Assembly: GCA_029932765.1 (NCBI GenBank)
Contig: JAOZPM010000004.1
Location: forward strand, 4,463-46,450
Reading direction: 5' to 3'
Origin: Bacteroidales bacterium
GTDB taxonomy: Bacteria > Bacteroidota > Bacteroidia > Bacteroidales > UBA1556
DNA: 41,988 nucleotides
Shown here: one piece after another, positions 7,801 to 16,024 of the stretch
How positions within the stretch are numbered: the stretch's first letter is position 1
Layout of the letters: the number at the start of each line of letters is the position of its first letter
Position numbers and translations under genes: made by a program
The notes under the pieces: model-generated
Seen by the model: only the letters and a program-made list of their open reading frames with translations
What the model was told of the DNA's origin: nothing
Database searches by the model: none

Positions 7801-10502
7801 GTACTGATATAAATGGTGCAAATGATTCTGTTTATTATGCTTTGCAAACAGGAAATTATAGTTTGATAACAACCAATGGGTTTAATTGTAGTACTGAATC
7901 AGCTCTGCAATTAGTAACCGTGAACCCAAACCCTGGGGCTTCTATATTGCCTCTAAGTGCAACAACTTTCTGCTCTGGCGATTCGGTATTATTACAAGCA
8001 AATACAGGGTCTAATTTAACTTATCAGTGGTTTAAGGATAATGCTGCGCTAGTTAATGATACACTTAATGGCCTTACTGCAATGTCCTCAGGAGCATATA
8101 TAGTAGAGGTTAGCAATGAGTTTAGTTGTATAACTACTTCATCGGTGACTGATGTTACTGCTTTTGATATTCCAACTTCTATTTTTAGTGTAGATGCTGA
8201 GGTTTGTTCTTCAGATACTATTCAAATTCAATATATGGGTACAGCAACTTCTAGTGCTTTTTATAATTGGAATTTTGGTGGTGCAACTATTATTGGTGGA
8301 GTGGGACAAGGACCATATAGTGTAATATGGAATAGTGCTGGTCATAAAAGCATTTCACTTACAGTAAATGAAAATAATTGCTCTTCAATAGAGTATATTG
8401 ATACAACTATGGTTAATTCTGTAAGTGCGAGTATTACTGCACCAATTACATCTGTTTGTCAGGGTGATACTGTATTGCTTACTGCTAATAGTGGTTCAGG
8501 GCTTCAGTATCAGTGGCTTCAGTCTGGCAATAATTTATCTGGAGATACACTTTATTCGGTAAATATAACAACTACGGGAATTTATCAAGTAGAGGTTATT
8601 GATGCTAGTATTGGATGCACGCAAAAGTCAGCTCCAGTAAGTGTAGTTATTAATGCAACAGATTTTAGTTTGGATTTTGCAGCTTCTACGGTTAATTTTA
8701 CTCAGCCTCCTTTTGATGTTACATTTAGTAATTCCACACCAAATATGAATGAATATAATTTTCAGTGGGAATTGGGAGATGGAAATACATCAACTTTCTA
8801 TAATCCTATACATACTTATCAATATAATGGTAATTATTCGGTGGCTATGTTTGCTGAGAATAGTACCACAGGTTGCCGAGATACTCTAATAAAAGTAGAT
8901 TATGTTAATTGTGCCGGTGGTGCGCCAAATCCTTGTAATATTATAGCTGCAATTACTCCAACAGGGCCAGCTACTGTTTGCCAGGGTGATAGCGTATTGC
9001 TCCAAGCGAGTGCAGGAACAGGCTATACATATCAGTGGGTTTATAATAATGTTATAATCCCCAATGCCGATAGTATTATTTACTATGCTAAACTATCTGG
9101 TAATTATCGTGTAATTGTTGCCGATTTGATTTGTTCTCAAACGTCACCAGCATTTATACTTAATAATTATCCAAGTATCTTTCCTGTAATACAAGCTAGT
9201 GGATTAATACAGCCTTGTACTACCGATAGCCTTGAGCTAAGTTTATTGGTTAATTATACTAACTATAACTGGAATACAGGACAAATTGATGCAAGTATTT
9301 ATGTAAGTCAAACTGGATATTACCAAGTTGCAGTTACTGATAATTATGGTTGTAATATGACATCTACACCTTATATAGTTAGCAATTCATACCTAAATCC
9401 TCCTGACCTTTGTTTAATAGGTGTTGACACAAGTAATCATAATCAGCTTGTGTGGGAACGACAATCCAATGCACTAATAGATAGTTTCTATGTGTATAAA
9501 GAGGGATTTATTGCAGGGCAATATGATAAAATAGGAGCAGTTCCATTTAATCAAACTTCGGTATTTGTTGACCAAAATTCTAATCCAGCAGTTAAAGCAT
9601 ATAAGTATAAGATAGCGGCAGTAGATACCTGTGGAGGTGTTACCCTATTAGGTAATTTCCATAAAACTATTCACCTTACTATTAATGCTGGTTTAAATGG
9701 TAGTTGGAATTTGATATGGGATGGATACGAAGGTTTTGCTTTTAGCACTTATCGTATTTATCGTGGTACAAACACCAATAATATGAGTTTGCTAACTCAG
9801 TTGCCAAGTTCTGCAACTTCTTATACCGACTTGAATCCGCCAACTGGCACTGTTTATTATCAAATAGAGATAATAAAAACTACAGGATGTTATCCTGATA
9901 CAACAGTTGCAAAGGTGAATACAAATTATAATTCGTCGAGGAGTAATACTGCAAATAATGCCAATATAAACCCTGTATATTTAACAGCAGATTTCTCTGC
10001 TGATATACAGACTGGTGTTTGGCCTATTCAGGTAACATTTGAAGATGCCTCTTCTGGTGGCCCCGATGCATGGCATTGGAACTTTGGCGATGGTAATACA
10101 AGTGTAGAGCAAAACCCTAATCATACATATAATAATACAGGTGTATATACTGTAAGTCTAGCAATATGTAATGGCGAAATTTGCGATACTATTGTCAAAA
10201 CTAATTATATAGAAGTTCTTCCAAATGGTATGGTAGAAATAGGAGTGGAGATGAGCGCTAAGCTATATCCAAATCCTAATGATGGAAACTTTACTCTGGA
10301 GATAAATGATAGAAATAGTCATCAACTGGAAGTGCATATATATAACACATTAGGCGCGGAAATTTATTCTGAAAGCTTTGTGTCAAATGGTAAAACTTTG
10401 AAGCACTTAAAGCTAAATGACCTTTCCAATGGAGTTTATTTTATCCATTTAAATACTAAGGATAAGGTGGTTTATAGATCTAAGTTTATAAAGCAAGACT
10501 AA
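4854..10502 (+). CDS. Large T9SS type A cargo surface protein: 8 EYFxDxDPG repeats, Ig-like/PKD stalk, FN3-like pair, PKD, CTD
   Basis: Signal peptide ending LNA-Q. Repeats AEYFxDxDPGxG; Ig-like units FCxGDSVxL..YQWYKNG; PKD motifs WELGDG and WNFGDG. C-terminal LYPNPNDG..IYNTLG..LSNGVYFI..KFIK is typical of the type A CTD. Confidence 0.9.
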   Translation: MTRLIRNTIGVVLCLFFVLPQLNAQQIQYAEYFFDNDPGRGNAISVSITQANTIDASYSISTSSLSSGMHFLYFRVQDTDANWSLSDSRLLYISSTNACDISAAEYFIDSDPGKGAATSVSISAGANIDITESIATSGLSTGIHFLYFRVKNDDGVWSLTDSKLLYISANSSTQDITKAEYFIDTDPGFGNATDVSISAGATININESINTSSLGTGIHFLHFRVKDANDVWSLTDSRLLYISANSSTQDITKAEYFIDTDPGFGNATDVSISAGATININENIITSSLGAGIHYLYFRVKNADGVWSLTDSRLMYVTESNSSSDIVAAEYFFDNDPGIGNASSLTVAADSAVDISSSVSISALNAGLHNLYVRVKDGNGKWSLAAQQLLYKSESIINGNLISAEYFFDTDPGFGAASSISITPADSINIIATLNTNGLEAGIHKLNIRVKDVNGLWSLNSKRMLYLMAGELSSPRITALEYYFDQDPGLGNGSSISLTPNDVIDVTDAIASSSLTMGNHMFYVRAQDSLGRWSLSDKRLVYVSPDMASQVIVAIEYSVDTIMPWGQGTIVNVSSADSLDEIFTFNHGLSDTLYHALYTRVKDAGGRWSMLDSIHFRMENCIIPTAIFYVNNLCLGDSITLYNNSLDIDTATVYEWNIGNNNIVESTDSIEFKIGFAQVGTYDILLKVTNMVCIDTMLKSITVHPRPAKDISSFGDVNFCPGSFSVLSANTGVGYQYQWYKNGSMITNANSSFYQAQDSGSYSAAISNIYNCSDTTAAIDISVYDLPTATVTLMGNNSFCNGDSVVLSANQDAGLTYIWYRNGSIIIGENYSTIAVSNAGDYKVEISNTNGCSDMSSTISISVNPLPTSGISSGGALTFCDGNNVLLYGSNGVGYSYQWYKNDTAISGSTSSFVSALESGEYKVYIENTYQCGDTSSSLTVIVNPSPVSNIQLLGTQAICMGDTAELVAPTMQGLTYQWRSYGTDINGANDSVYYALQTGNYSLITTNGFNCSTESALQLVTVNPNPGASILPLSATTFCSGDSVLLQANTGSNLTYQWFKDNAALVNDTLNGLTAMSSGAYIVEVSNEFSCITTSSVTDVTAFDIPTSIFSVDAEVCSSDTIQIQYMGTATSSAFYNWNFGGATIIGGVGQGPYSVIWNSAGHKSISLTVNENNCSSIEYIDTTMVNSVSASITAPITSVCQGDTVLLTANSGSGLQYQWLQSGNNLSGDTLYSVNITTTGIYQVEVIDASIGCTQKSAPVSVVINATDFSLDFAASTVNFTQPPFDVTFSNSTPNMNEYNFQWELGDGNTSTFYNPIHTYQYNGNYSVAMFAENSTTGCRDTLIKVDYVNCAGGAPNPCNIIAAITPTGPATVCQGDSVLLQASAGTGYTYQWVYNNVIIPNADSIIYYAKLSGNYRVIVADLICSQTSPAFILNNYPSIFPVIQASGLIQPCTTDSLELSLLVNYTNYNWNTGQIDASIYVSQTGYYQVAVTDNYGCNMTSTPYIVSNSYLNPPDLCLIGVDTSNHNQLVWERQSNALIDSFYVYKEGFIAGQYDKIGAVPFNQTSVFVDQNSNPAVKAYKYKIAAVDTCGGVTLLGNFHKTIHLTINAGLNGSWNLIWDGYEGFAFSTYRIYRGTNTNNMSLLTQLPSSATSYTDLNPPTGTVYYQIEIIKTTGCYPDTTVAKVNTNYNSSRSNTANNANINPVYLTADFSADIQTGVWPIQVTFEDASSGGPDAWHWNFGDGNTSVEQNPNHTYNNTGVYTVSLAICNGEICDTIVKTNYIEVLPNGMVEIGVEMSAKLYPNPNDGNFTLEINDRNSHQLEVHIYNTLGAEIYSESFVSNGKTLKHLKLNDLSNGVYFIHLNTKDKVVYRSKFIKQD
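4926..6710 (+). repeat. Eight tandem ~225-bp (75-aa) intragenic repeats (7 canonical, 1 degenerate)
   Basis: Consensus I..AEYF.D.DPG.G.A..(V/I)SI.....I.I...I....L..G.H.LY.RVKD..G.WSL...RL.Y. Repeats 3 and 4 start at 5376 and 5601, exactly 225 nt apart. Confidence 0.92.
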
Positions 10503-10518
10503 ACTCTAGCATAATTAG

Positions 10519-10559
10519 AAAGCCCCTAATTACAACTGTAATTAGGGGCTTTATTTTTT
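10519..10559. terminator. Intrinsic terminator, probably bidirectional, between convergent T9SS cargo genes
   Basis: Perfect 16-bp inverted repeat AAAGCCCCTAATTACA (10519-10534) / TGTAATTAGGGGCTTT (10537-10552), followed by a T-run. Confidence 0.85.
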
Positions 10560-10595
10560 GTAATTTTAACTGCAAGTATAATTGAAGAGTAGATA

Positions 10596-12866
10596 TTACT
10601 TGAGTAAATGTATAGTTCCTTTTAGAATATATTGCTCGCGGAGAGTTTCCGTAATTTCAAAAACGTAAGTATAAACTCCAGAAGGAGCCTGATCCCCTTT
10701 ATAAGTGCCATCCCATTTTATTGATGGTTCATCAGATTTGAATATTAACTCTCCCCATCGATTAAAAATATACATTCTGAATCTATCTATTGCGGCATAT
10801 TGTCCCACAATACCAAATTCATCATTTAAACCATCGCCATTAGGGGTAAAAGCATTAGGAGCATAAAAGAAATTACATCTTTCAACATTTAGTGTAAAAG
10901 AAGTATCATGCGTACATCTAGTTTGGTTATATACATTTGTAAGTTGTAAAGAATAAGTTGTTTTTTGCGTTGGTTGTACTATAATATATTGGCTCATTTC
11001 TCCAGTATTCCATAGGTATTCGTCAGCAACTGATGCTCTAAGTTCAGTAGATTTTCCAAGGCAAAGAGTATCATCAATGGTGCTAATTATTGCTGTAGGA
11101 ATATCAAGTACATCTACTAATAAGGATGCTGTATCTATACAATTGCTAATATTGGTTACTGTTACAGAATATCTTGTTAATGAAGAAGGACTTACATATT
11201 GGGTTCTAGAATTAGCCCCATTGCTCCAGCTATAATCTGCATAATTTCCTAATGCGCGTATATAAGCCGATGATCTATTACAGATTGTTGTATCTAAACT
11301 TACCATTGCAATAGGAGAGTCAAGAGCTTTCACATAAGTACTATCAGCTACAGTACATCCAAATGTGTCGGTTACAACAATACTATAATACTCACTACTA
11401 TTTACAAGAAATGAAATATCAGATGTTAGTTCTCCATTGTCCCATAAAAAAGTATACGAAGGGTCACCAACTGCTGATATATGTGCTGTGTCGTTTGAAC
11501 ATACCGAATCTCCAATAATAACTATTTGAGGGCTTCCATCATAAATAATAATTTGATCAAATGTGTCAGTATTGCATATATCAGTTATAGTTAAAGTATA
11601 TGTAGTTGTAATGCTAGGGTCTGACAATAAAGTGGAGGTTGTGTCGCCTGTACTCCACGTATAAGAATAAGGCAAATATCCACCTACTATATTAGGATTA
11701 ATAGTCATAGTATCACTATTGCATAGTACAGTATCAGATGGTAAATTACATTCTAAGGTTTTATTGTCGGCAATATAAATTGTTAGTGTATCATAAGTAC
11801 ATGATGAAGTTGCAACGAATAATTCAATATATTCCAATCCTTCATTTATTCCATCAATAATAGGTTCTATAAGTATTGATGTAGAATCTGAGCCCGCAGG
11901 AATAGTTACAGTTCCTGGTAAATACACATAATCAACACCATTAATAGCATCTCCTGAAGTAGCATAATAAAGTACTTTATCCACAGGAGTAATATATGGT
12001 ATTTGTATTCTTACTATTGCATTATTACAGCCTTCAATTGCCATAGTGTCAATAGAGTTTGTTGTAGTTGTAGATAAATTAACGGTATTGCTCGAAAAAC
12101 TGTTTGCTTCAAGAAATACACCAGAATCAAAAATGGCATCAGAAGCGTCGCCAATTACTAGCTTAATATGATAAGTAAAACAAGGCACCACAAGAAAAGT
12201 AGCATATAAAGGTGTAGTATAGGCATCGTAAGCAACATATGGACTTGCAGAATTATTTACATAATATGAACAATTGACACAAGGCCCTGTACCCCAGGTT
12301 CCATTATTAATATTTGCAATAGAAACAGCTGTAGAAGTGCCTGGTAATAAGGCCACATTCTGATTAGTATACATTCCTCCACTAGGATTATATCCACTTA
12401 TAAAAAAACCAAAAACATCATTAAAGCTAGATAATGAAAATTCGGGGTATTCTTCAGAGCCAAAAATATATTTGAATTTTACAGTATCAGACAAAGGAAC
12501 AAAATCAAATTCTAGTATTGCAGCATCATTTATAGTAAATGTAATTAGGTTAGCTAGTAGAGGGTCTGAACCGCCAGAAGTTGATGTGCTGGCAAAGGTG
12601 CTTGCAGCTCCCGCTACTTGGGTTGCATTGCCAGTGCATAATATCAAGCCATCGGTCATGCCTAAGGTTGTAGCATTAGCTCCTGTAGTAAATTTAGCAA
12701 TGCTTTGTAAGTCGCCTGTATATGTTACATTACTTACTGAAACCCCAGTTCCAGTAAGTATATTCTGAACCCACTGTGCAACTGTTCCTGTTTGACTCAC
12801 AACTAATTGTCCTTTAGAACTAATTAAAAATAGCAAGAAGAAGGAGGTTAATATATATTTAATCAT
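10596..12866 (-). CDS. T9SS type B (gliding motility-associated CTD) protein with N-terminal choice-of-anchor L-like domain
   Basis: N-terminal DAAILEFDFVP..F.Y.FGSEEYPE..FNDVFGFFISG..YHIKL.IGD..D..FDSGVFLEA; Calx-beta-like and Ig-like stalk; C-terminal APNAFTPNGDGLND.F..IFNRWGE..WDG..GVY.Y. Confidence 0.88.
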   Translation of the reverse strand: MIKYILTSFFLLFLISSKGQLVVSQTGTVAQWVQNILTGTGVSVSNVTYTGDLQSIAKFTTGANATTLGMTDGLILCTGNATQVAGAASTFASTSTSGGSDPLLANLITFTINDAAILEFDFVPLSDTVKFKYIFGSEEYPEFSLSSFNDVFGFFISGYNPSGGMYTNQNVALLPGTSTAVSIANINNGTWGTGPCVNCSYYVNNSASPYVAYDAYTTPLYATFLVVPCFTYHIKLVIGDASDAIFDSGVFLEANSFSSNTVNLSTTTTNSIDTMAIEGCNNAIVRIQIPYITPVDKVLYYATSGDAINGVDYVYLPGTVTIPAGSDSTSILIEPIIDGINEGLEYIELFVATSSCTYDTLTIYIADNKTLECNLPSDTVLCNSDTMTINPNIVGGYLPYSYTWSTGDTTSTLLSDPSITTTYTLTITDICNTDTFDQIIIYDGSPQIVIIGDSVCSNDTAHISAVGDPSYTFLWDNGELTSDISFLVNSSEYYSIVVTDTFGCTVADSTYVKALDSPIAMVSLDTTICNRSSAYIRALGNYADYSWSNGANSRTQYVSPSSLTRYSVTVTNISNCIDTASLLVDVLDIPTAIISTIDDTLCLGKSTELRASVADEYLWNTGEMSQYIIVQPTQKTTYSLQLTNVYNQTRCTHDTSFTLNVERCNFFYAPNAFTPNGDGLNDEFGIVGQYAAIDRFRMYIFNRWGELIFKSDEPSIKWDGTYKGDQAPSGVYTYVFEITETLREQYILKGTIHLLK

Positions 12867-12889
12867 AATACTAGACTTAATAATTATTG

Positions 12890-12897
12890 CAAAGTTA
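12890..12897 (-). promoter_or_regulatory. -7 element (TAACTTTG) for the type B cargo gene
   Basis: TAnnTTTG match about 23 nt upstream of the ATG. Confidence 0.55.
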
Positions 12898-13023
12898 TCA
12901 AAATTAAGATGCAGTTTAGGTAAAAAAGTTGCCTTGAATAATAAATAGTATTTGAATTAAAAAAAAATCATAAATTCGTAGCTTGAAAATAAAAGTAAAT
13001 AAATAATATAAAACAAATATAGA

Positions 13024-14394
13024 ATGGATAAATCAAAGAAATTTTTAGAAGAGAACAAAGATCGTTTTTTGGAGGAGCTTTTTGAGTTAATTAGAATACC
13101 TTCAATTAGTTCAATAGCTGATCATAAACCAGATATGATACGTATGGCTGAAGCTTTAAAAGCTTCATTATTGGCTGCTGGTGTTGATAAGGCTGGTGTA
13201 TACGAAACAGAGGGTAATCCAGTAGTTTATGCTGAAAAAATAATTGATAAATCAAAACCTACTGTGCTTGTTTATGGTCATTATGATGTTATGCCTGTTG
13301 ATCCATTAGACTTATGGGATAGCAAGCCTTTTGAGCCAGAAGTAAGAGATGGTAAAATATGGGCTCGTGGTGCAGATGATGATAAAGGTCAATCGTTTAT
13401 GCATGTTAAAGCTTTTGAAGCTATGGTTGCTAATGATGAGCTTCCTGTAAATGTGAAGTTTATGCTTGAAGGTGAAGAGGAAATAGGTTCTCCAAGTCTT
13501 GGGAAATGGTGTGCTGATAATAAGGAAATGCTAAAAGCAGATACAATTTTGGTTTCTGATACTGGAATTATTGCACCAGATATTCCTTCAATTACTACTG
13601 GTCTTAGAGGCTTGAGTTATGTTGAGGTTAAAGTTGTAGGCCCTAATAGAGATTTGCATAGTGGTTTGTTTGGCGGGGCTGTTGCTAATCCAGCCAACGA
13701 ATTGGCAAAAATAATTGCTGGTCTAACAAATGAGGATAATTATATTACTATTCCTGGTTTTTATGACGATGTAATTAATGTTAGTGCCGAAGAAAGAGCA
13801 TTAATGGCAAAAGCTCCTTTTAATCTTGAGGAGTATAAAAAAGCTATTGATGTAAAAGCAGTTTCTGGAGAAAAAGGATATTCTTCAAATGAACGAACTG
13901 GAATTCGTCCAGCATTAGATGTTAATGGTATTTGGAGTGGTTATACTGGCGAAGGTGCAAAAACTGTATTGCCTTCAATTGCTCAAGCAAAAATTTCTAT
14001 GCGCTTAGTTCCTAATCAAGATAATGAGAAAATAAGTCAATTGATAAAAGATCATATTGAGAAAAATGCGCCTGATTATATAAAGGTAGAAGTTACACCT
14101 CTACATGGTGGTCAAGGTTATGTTTCTCCTATAGATTTGCCTGCTTATGTTGCTGCTGATAAGGCTTATACTGAGTCTTTTGGTAAGAAGCCAGTTCCAG
14201 TACGTAGTGGTGGAAGTATTCCTATTATATCTACATTTGAAACTGTACTTGGTATTAAATCTATTCTAATGGGATTTGGTTTGGAAAGTGATGCTATTCA
14301 CTCACCAAATGAAAATTACCCTCTTTTCAATTTCTATAAAGGAATGGAAACTATTGTTAATTTCTATAAGTATTTTGCTGACGAAATGAAATAG
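13024..14394 (+). CDS. M20 family dipeptidase
   Basis: YGHYDVMP, ARGADDDKGQ, EGEEEIGS, DLHSG.FGG, GGSIP and IHSPNE motifs. Confidence 0.93.
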   Translation: MDKSKKFLEENKDRFLEELFELIRIPSISSIADHKPDMIRMAEALKASLLAAGVDKAGVYETEGNPVVYAEKIIDKSKPTVLVYGHYDVMPVDPLDLWDSKPFEPEVRDGKIWARGADDDKGQSFMHVKAFEAMVANDELPVNVKFMLEGEEEIGSPSLGKWCADNKEMLKADTILVSDTGIIAPDIPSITTGLRGLSYVEVKVVGPNRDLHSGLFGGAVANPANELAKIIAGLTNEDNYITIPGFYDDVINVSAEERALMAKAPFNLEEYKKAIDVKAVSGEKGYSSNERTGIRPALDVNGIWSGYTGEGAKTVLPSIAQAKISMRLVPNQDNEKISQLIKDHIEKNAPDYIKVEVTPLHGGQGYVSPIDLPAYVAADKAYTESFGKKPVPVRSGGSIPIISTFETVLGIKSILMGFGLESDAIHSPNENYPLFNFYKGMETIVNFYKYFADEMK

Positions 14395-14432
14395 GTATAT
14401 TTTATATAATCCTGTTTGAAATAAGAATAATT

Positions 14433-14462
14433 GAGGCTGTCTTTTGAGATAGCCTCTTTTTT
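14433..14462 (+). terminator. Intrinsic terminator
   Basis: GAGGCTGTCT-TTTG-AGATAGCCTC hairpin followed by a T-run. Confidence 0.8.
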
Positions 14463-14533
14463 GTTTAATTTAATAAAGGCAAAATTAGAATCATTTTGAA
14501 GGGTTGCCAACAAATAGGTATTTTAATAAATAC

Positions 14534-15091
14534 TTAAAAATATAAATGCTCAATCAGTATTTTTACTCCAATAGAGATAAGAACTATACCTCCAAAAATT
14601 TCAATAAATTTACCAAAGCGTGCGCCCATAAACTTGCCAACTTGCAGCCCAATAATTGATGCCAAAAAAGTAATAACTCCTATAATAATTACAGGCATAA
14701 CTATATTTATATCAATCAATGCAAAGCTAATACCCACAGCAAAAGCGTCAATACTTGTTGCGATGGATTGTGCTATTAATTTTGAGTTCGTTAAAGTTTC
14801 ATTGCCCTTGTCATCATCGTCAGATAAAGTATCGTAAATCATCTTTAATCCGATTATTGATAATAAAATAAATGCAACCCAATGATCAATTTCTTTAATA
14901 TAATCTGCAATTTCTATTCCTGCATACCATCCTATCAATGGCATTAAGGCTTGAAAAACAGAAAGGGTAATTGCAATTTTTAGCTTCTCAACCCACGATA
15001 TGTTTTTTATTGCCAATCCATTTGCAACAGATACAGCAAAAGAATCAACTGATAAACCTAATGCTACTAATAATATTATTAATAAATCCAT
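14534..15091 (-). CDS. mntP: Manganese efflux pump MntP family
   Basis: Two repeats, LSVDSFAVS and ATSIDAFAVG, plus FQALMPLIGW, IDHWVAF and EIFGG.VLI.IG; hydrophobic, 185 aa. Confidence 0.92.
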   Translation of the reverse strand: MDLLIILLVALGLSVDSFAVSVANGLAIKNISWVEKLKIAITLSVFQALMPLIGWYAGIEIADYIKEIDHWVAFILLSIIGLKMIYDTLSDDDDKGNETLTNSKLIAQSIATSIDAFAVGISFALIDINIVMPVIIIGVITFLASIIGLQVGKFMGARFGKFIEIFGGIVLISIGVKILIEHLYF

Positions 15092-15188
15092 CTAATTTTT
15101 TTAATCTGATTGAAACAAAAATAACTAAATATGGCGCCTTATATAATTAAGTTCATTGAGATAATAATATGAGCATGATTTATTATTC

Positions 15189-15226
15189 AAAAAAAAAGTG
15201 ATTATGATTAATAACCACCTTTTTTT
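15189..15226 (-). terminator. Intrinsic terminator after the Rrf2 gene
   Basis: Minus-strand stem GGTGGTTAT / ATAATCACT (with G-U pairs) followed by a long U-run. Confidence 0.65.
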
Positions 15227-15228
15227 CT

Positions 15229-15642
15229 TTAAAAATTATTATCTAGATAATACTGCAATGATTTTTCTTCTAAATATATTTTAAATTGCTCCGACATATC
15301 GTTAACTATTGTGCCCAATAAGCACTTTTTGAAAGGACAATGGTCGTATCCCATTGGGCAATTCATTTTTGGTAGTTTTCCTTCTATTGCTTCGTAAATA
15401 TCCAATAAACTTATGTCTTTTGGTTCCATTTTTAAAAAGAAGCCACCTGAAGGTCCTCTGCTACTATCTAGCATGCCAAATTTGTTTAGTCGTTGCATTA
15501 CTTTTGCAACATGATGCTTAGAAAAATTAAACTCTTCAGCAAGTTTATTTACATTTACACGGTTTTTATTTTTAGCAATAAATACCATAGAATGAATACC
15601 TATGCTAGCGGCTTCGGACATATTAAATAAACTGTTTGACAT
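15229..15642 (-). CDS. Rrf2 family transcriptional regulator, probably Fe-S binding
   Basis: Winged HTH with KVMQRL..S.RGPSGGF.L..ISLLDIYEAIEG; three Cys in C-x6-C-x4-C. Confidence 0.9.
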   Translation of the reverse strand: MSNSLFNMSEAASIGIHSMVFIAKNKNRVNVNKLAEEFNFSKHHVAKVMQRLNKFGMLDSSRGPSGGFFLKMEPKDISLLDIYEAIEGKLPKMNCPMGYDHCPFKKCLLGTIVNDMSEQFKIYLEEKSLQYYLDNNF

Positions 15643-16024
15643 AAGATTGTATTGTGAATTCTTATTAATTATTTGCAGCGGTAAAAGTACATAATTTTAG
15701 CCCATTATATTACTCAGTATACTTTTAGATTGTTTATTTAGGAATATAGATTATATATCTTATTTGCCTTATTTTTTATTGTTTTTGCTATTGTTTGCTT
15801 GTTGTTTAATGATTATAAGTCTATTAGGTTTTGATTATTGTTACACCTCTTTAAAGGCTGTTTAATTGTCAAATAAGTAAATAAGTACTTTAATTGATTT
15901 AAGTCAATTTCAATAGTGAGTTATTTTGTTCGAAAGTTGTGCCTAATGTTTTGTTTGTCATTAGTCGTAAATTATCTAATAATTAGGGATTTTTTATTAT
16001 ACCTTAGCTTGAAATTAATATCAA

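Noticed and set aside
15092-15188. yybP-ykoY Mn riboswitch upstream of mntP
   Set aside because: The region is short and AT-rich, a -7 element lies only about 25 nt from the ATG, and no matching structure is visible.
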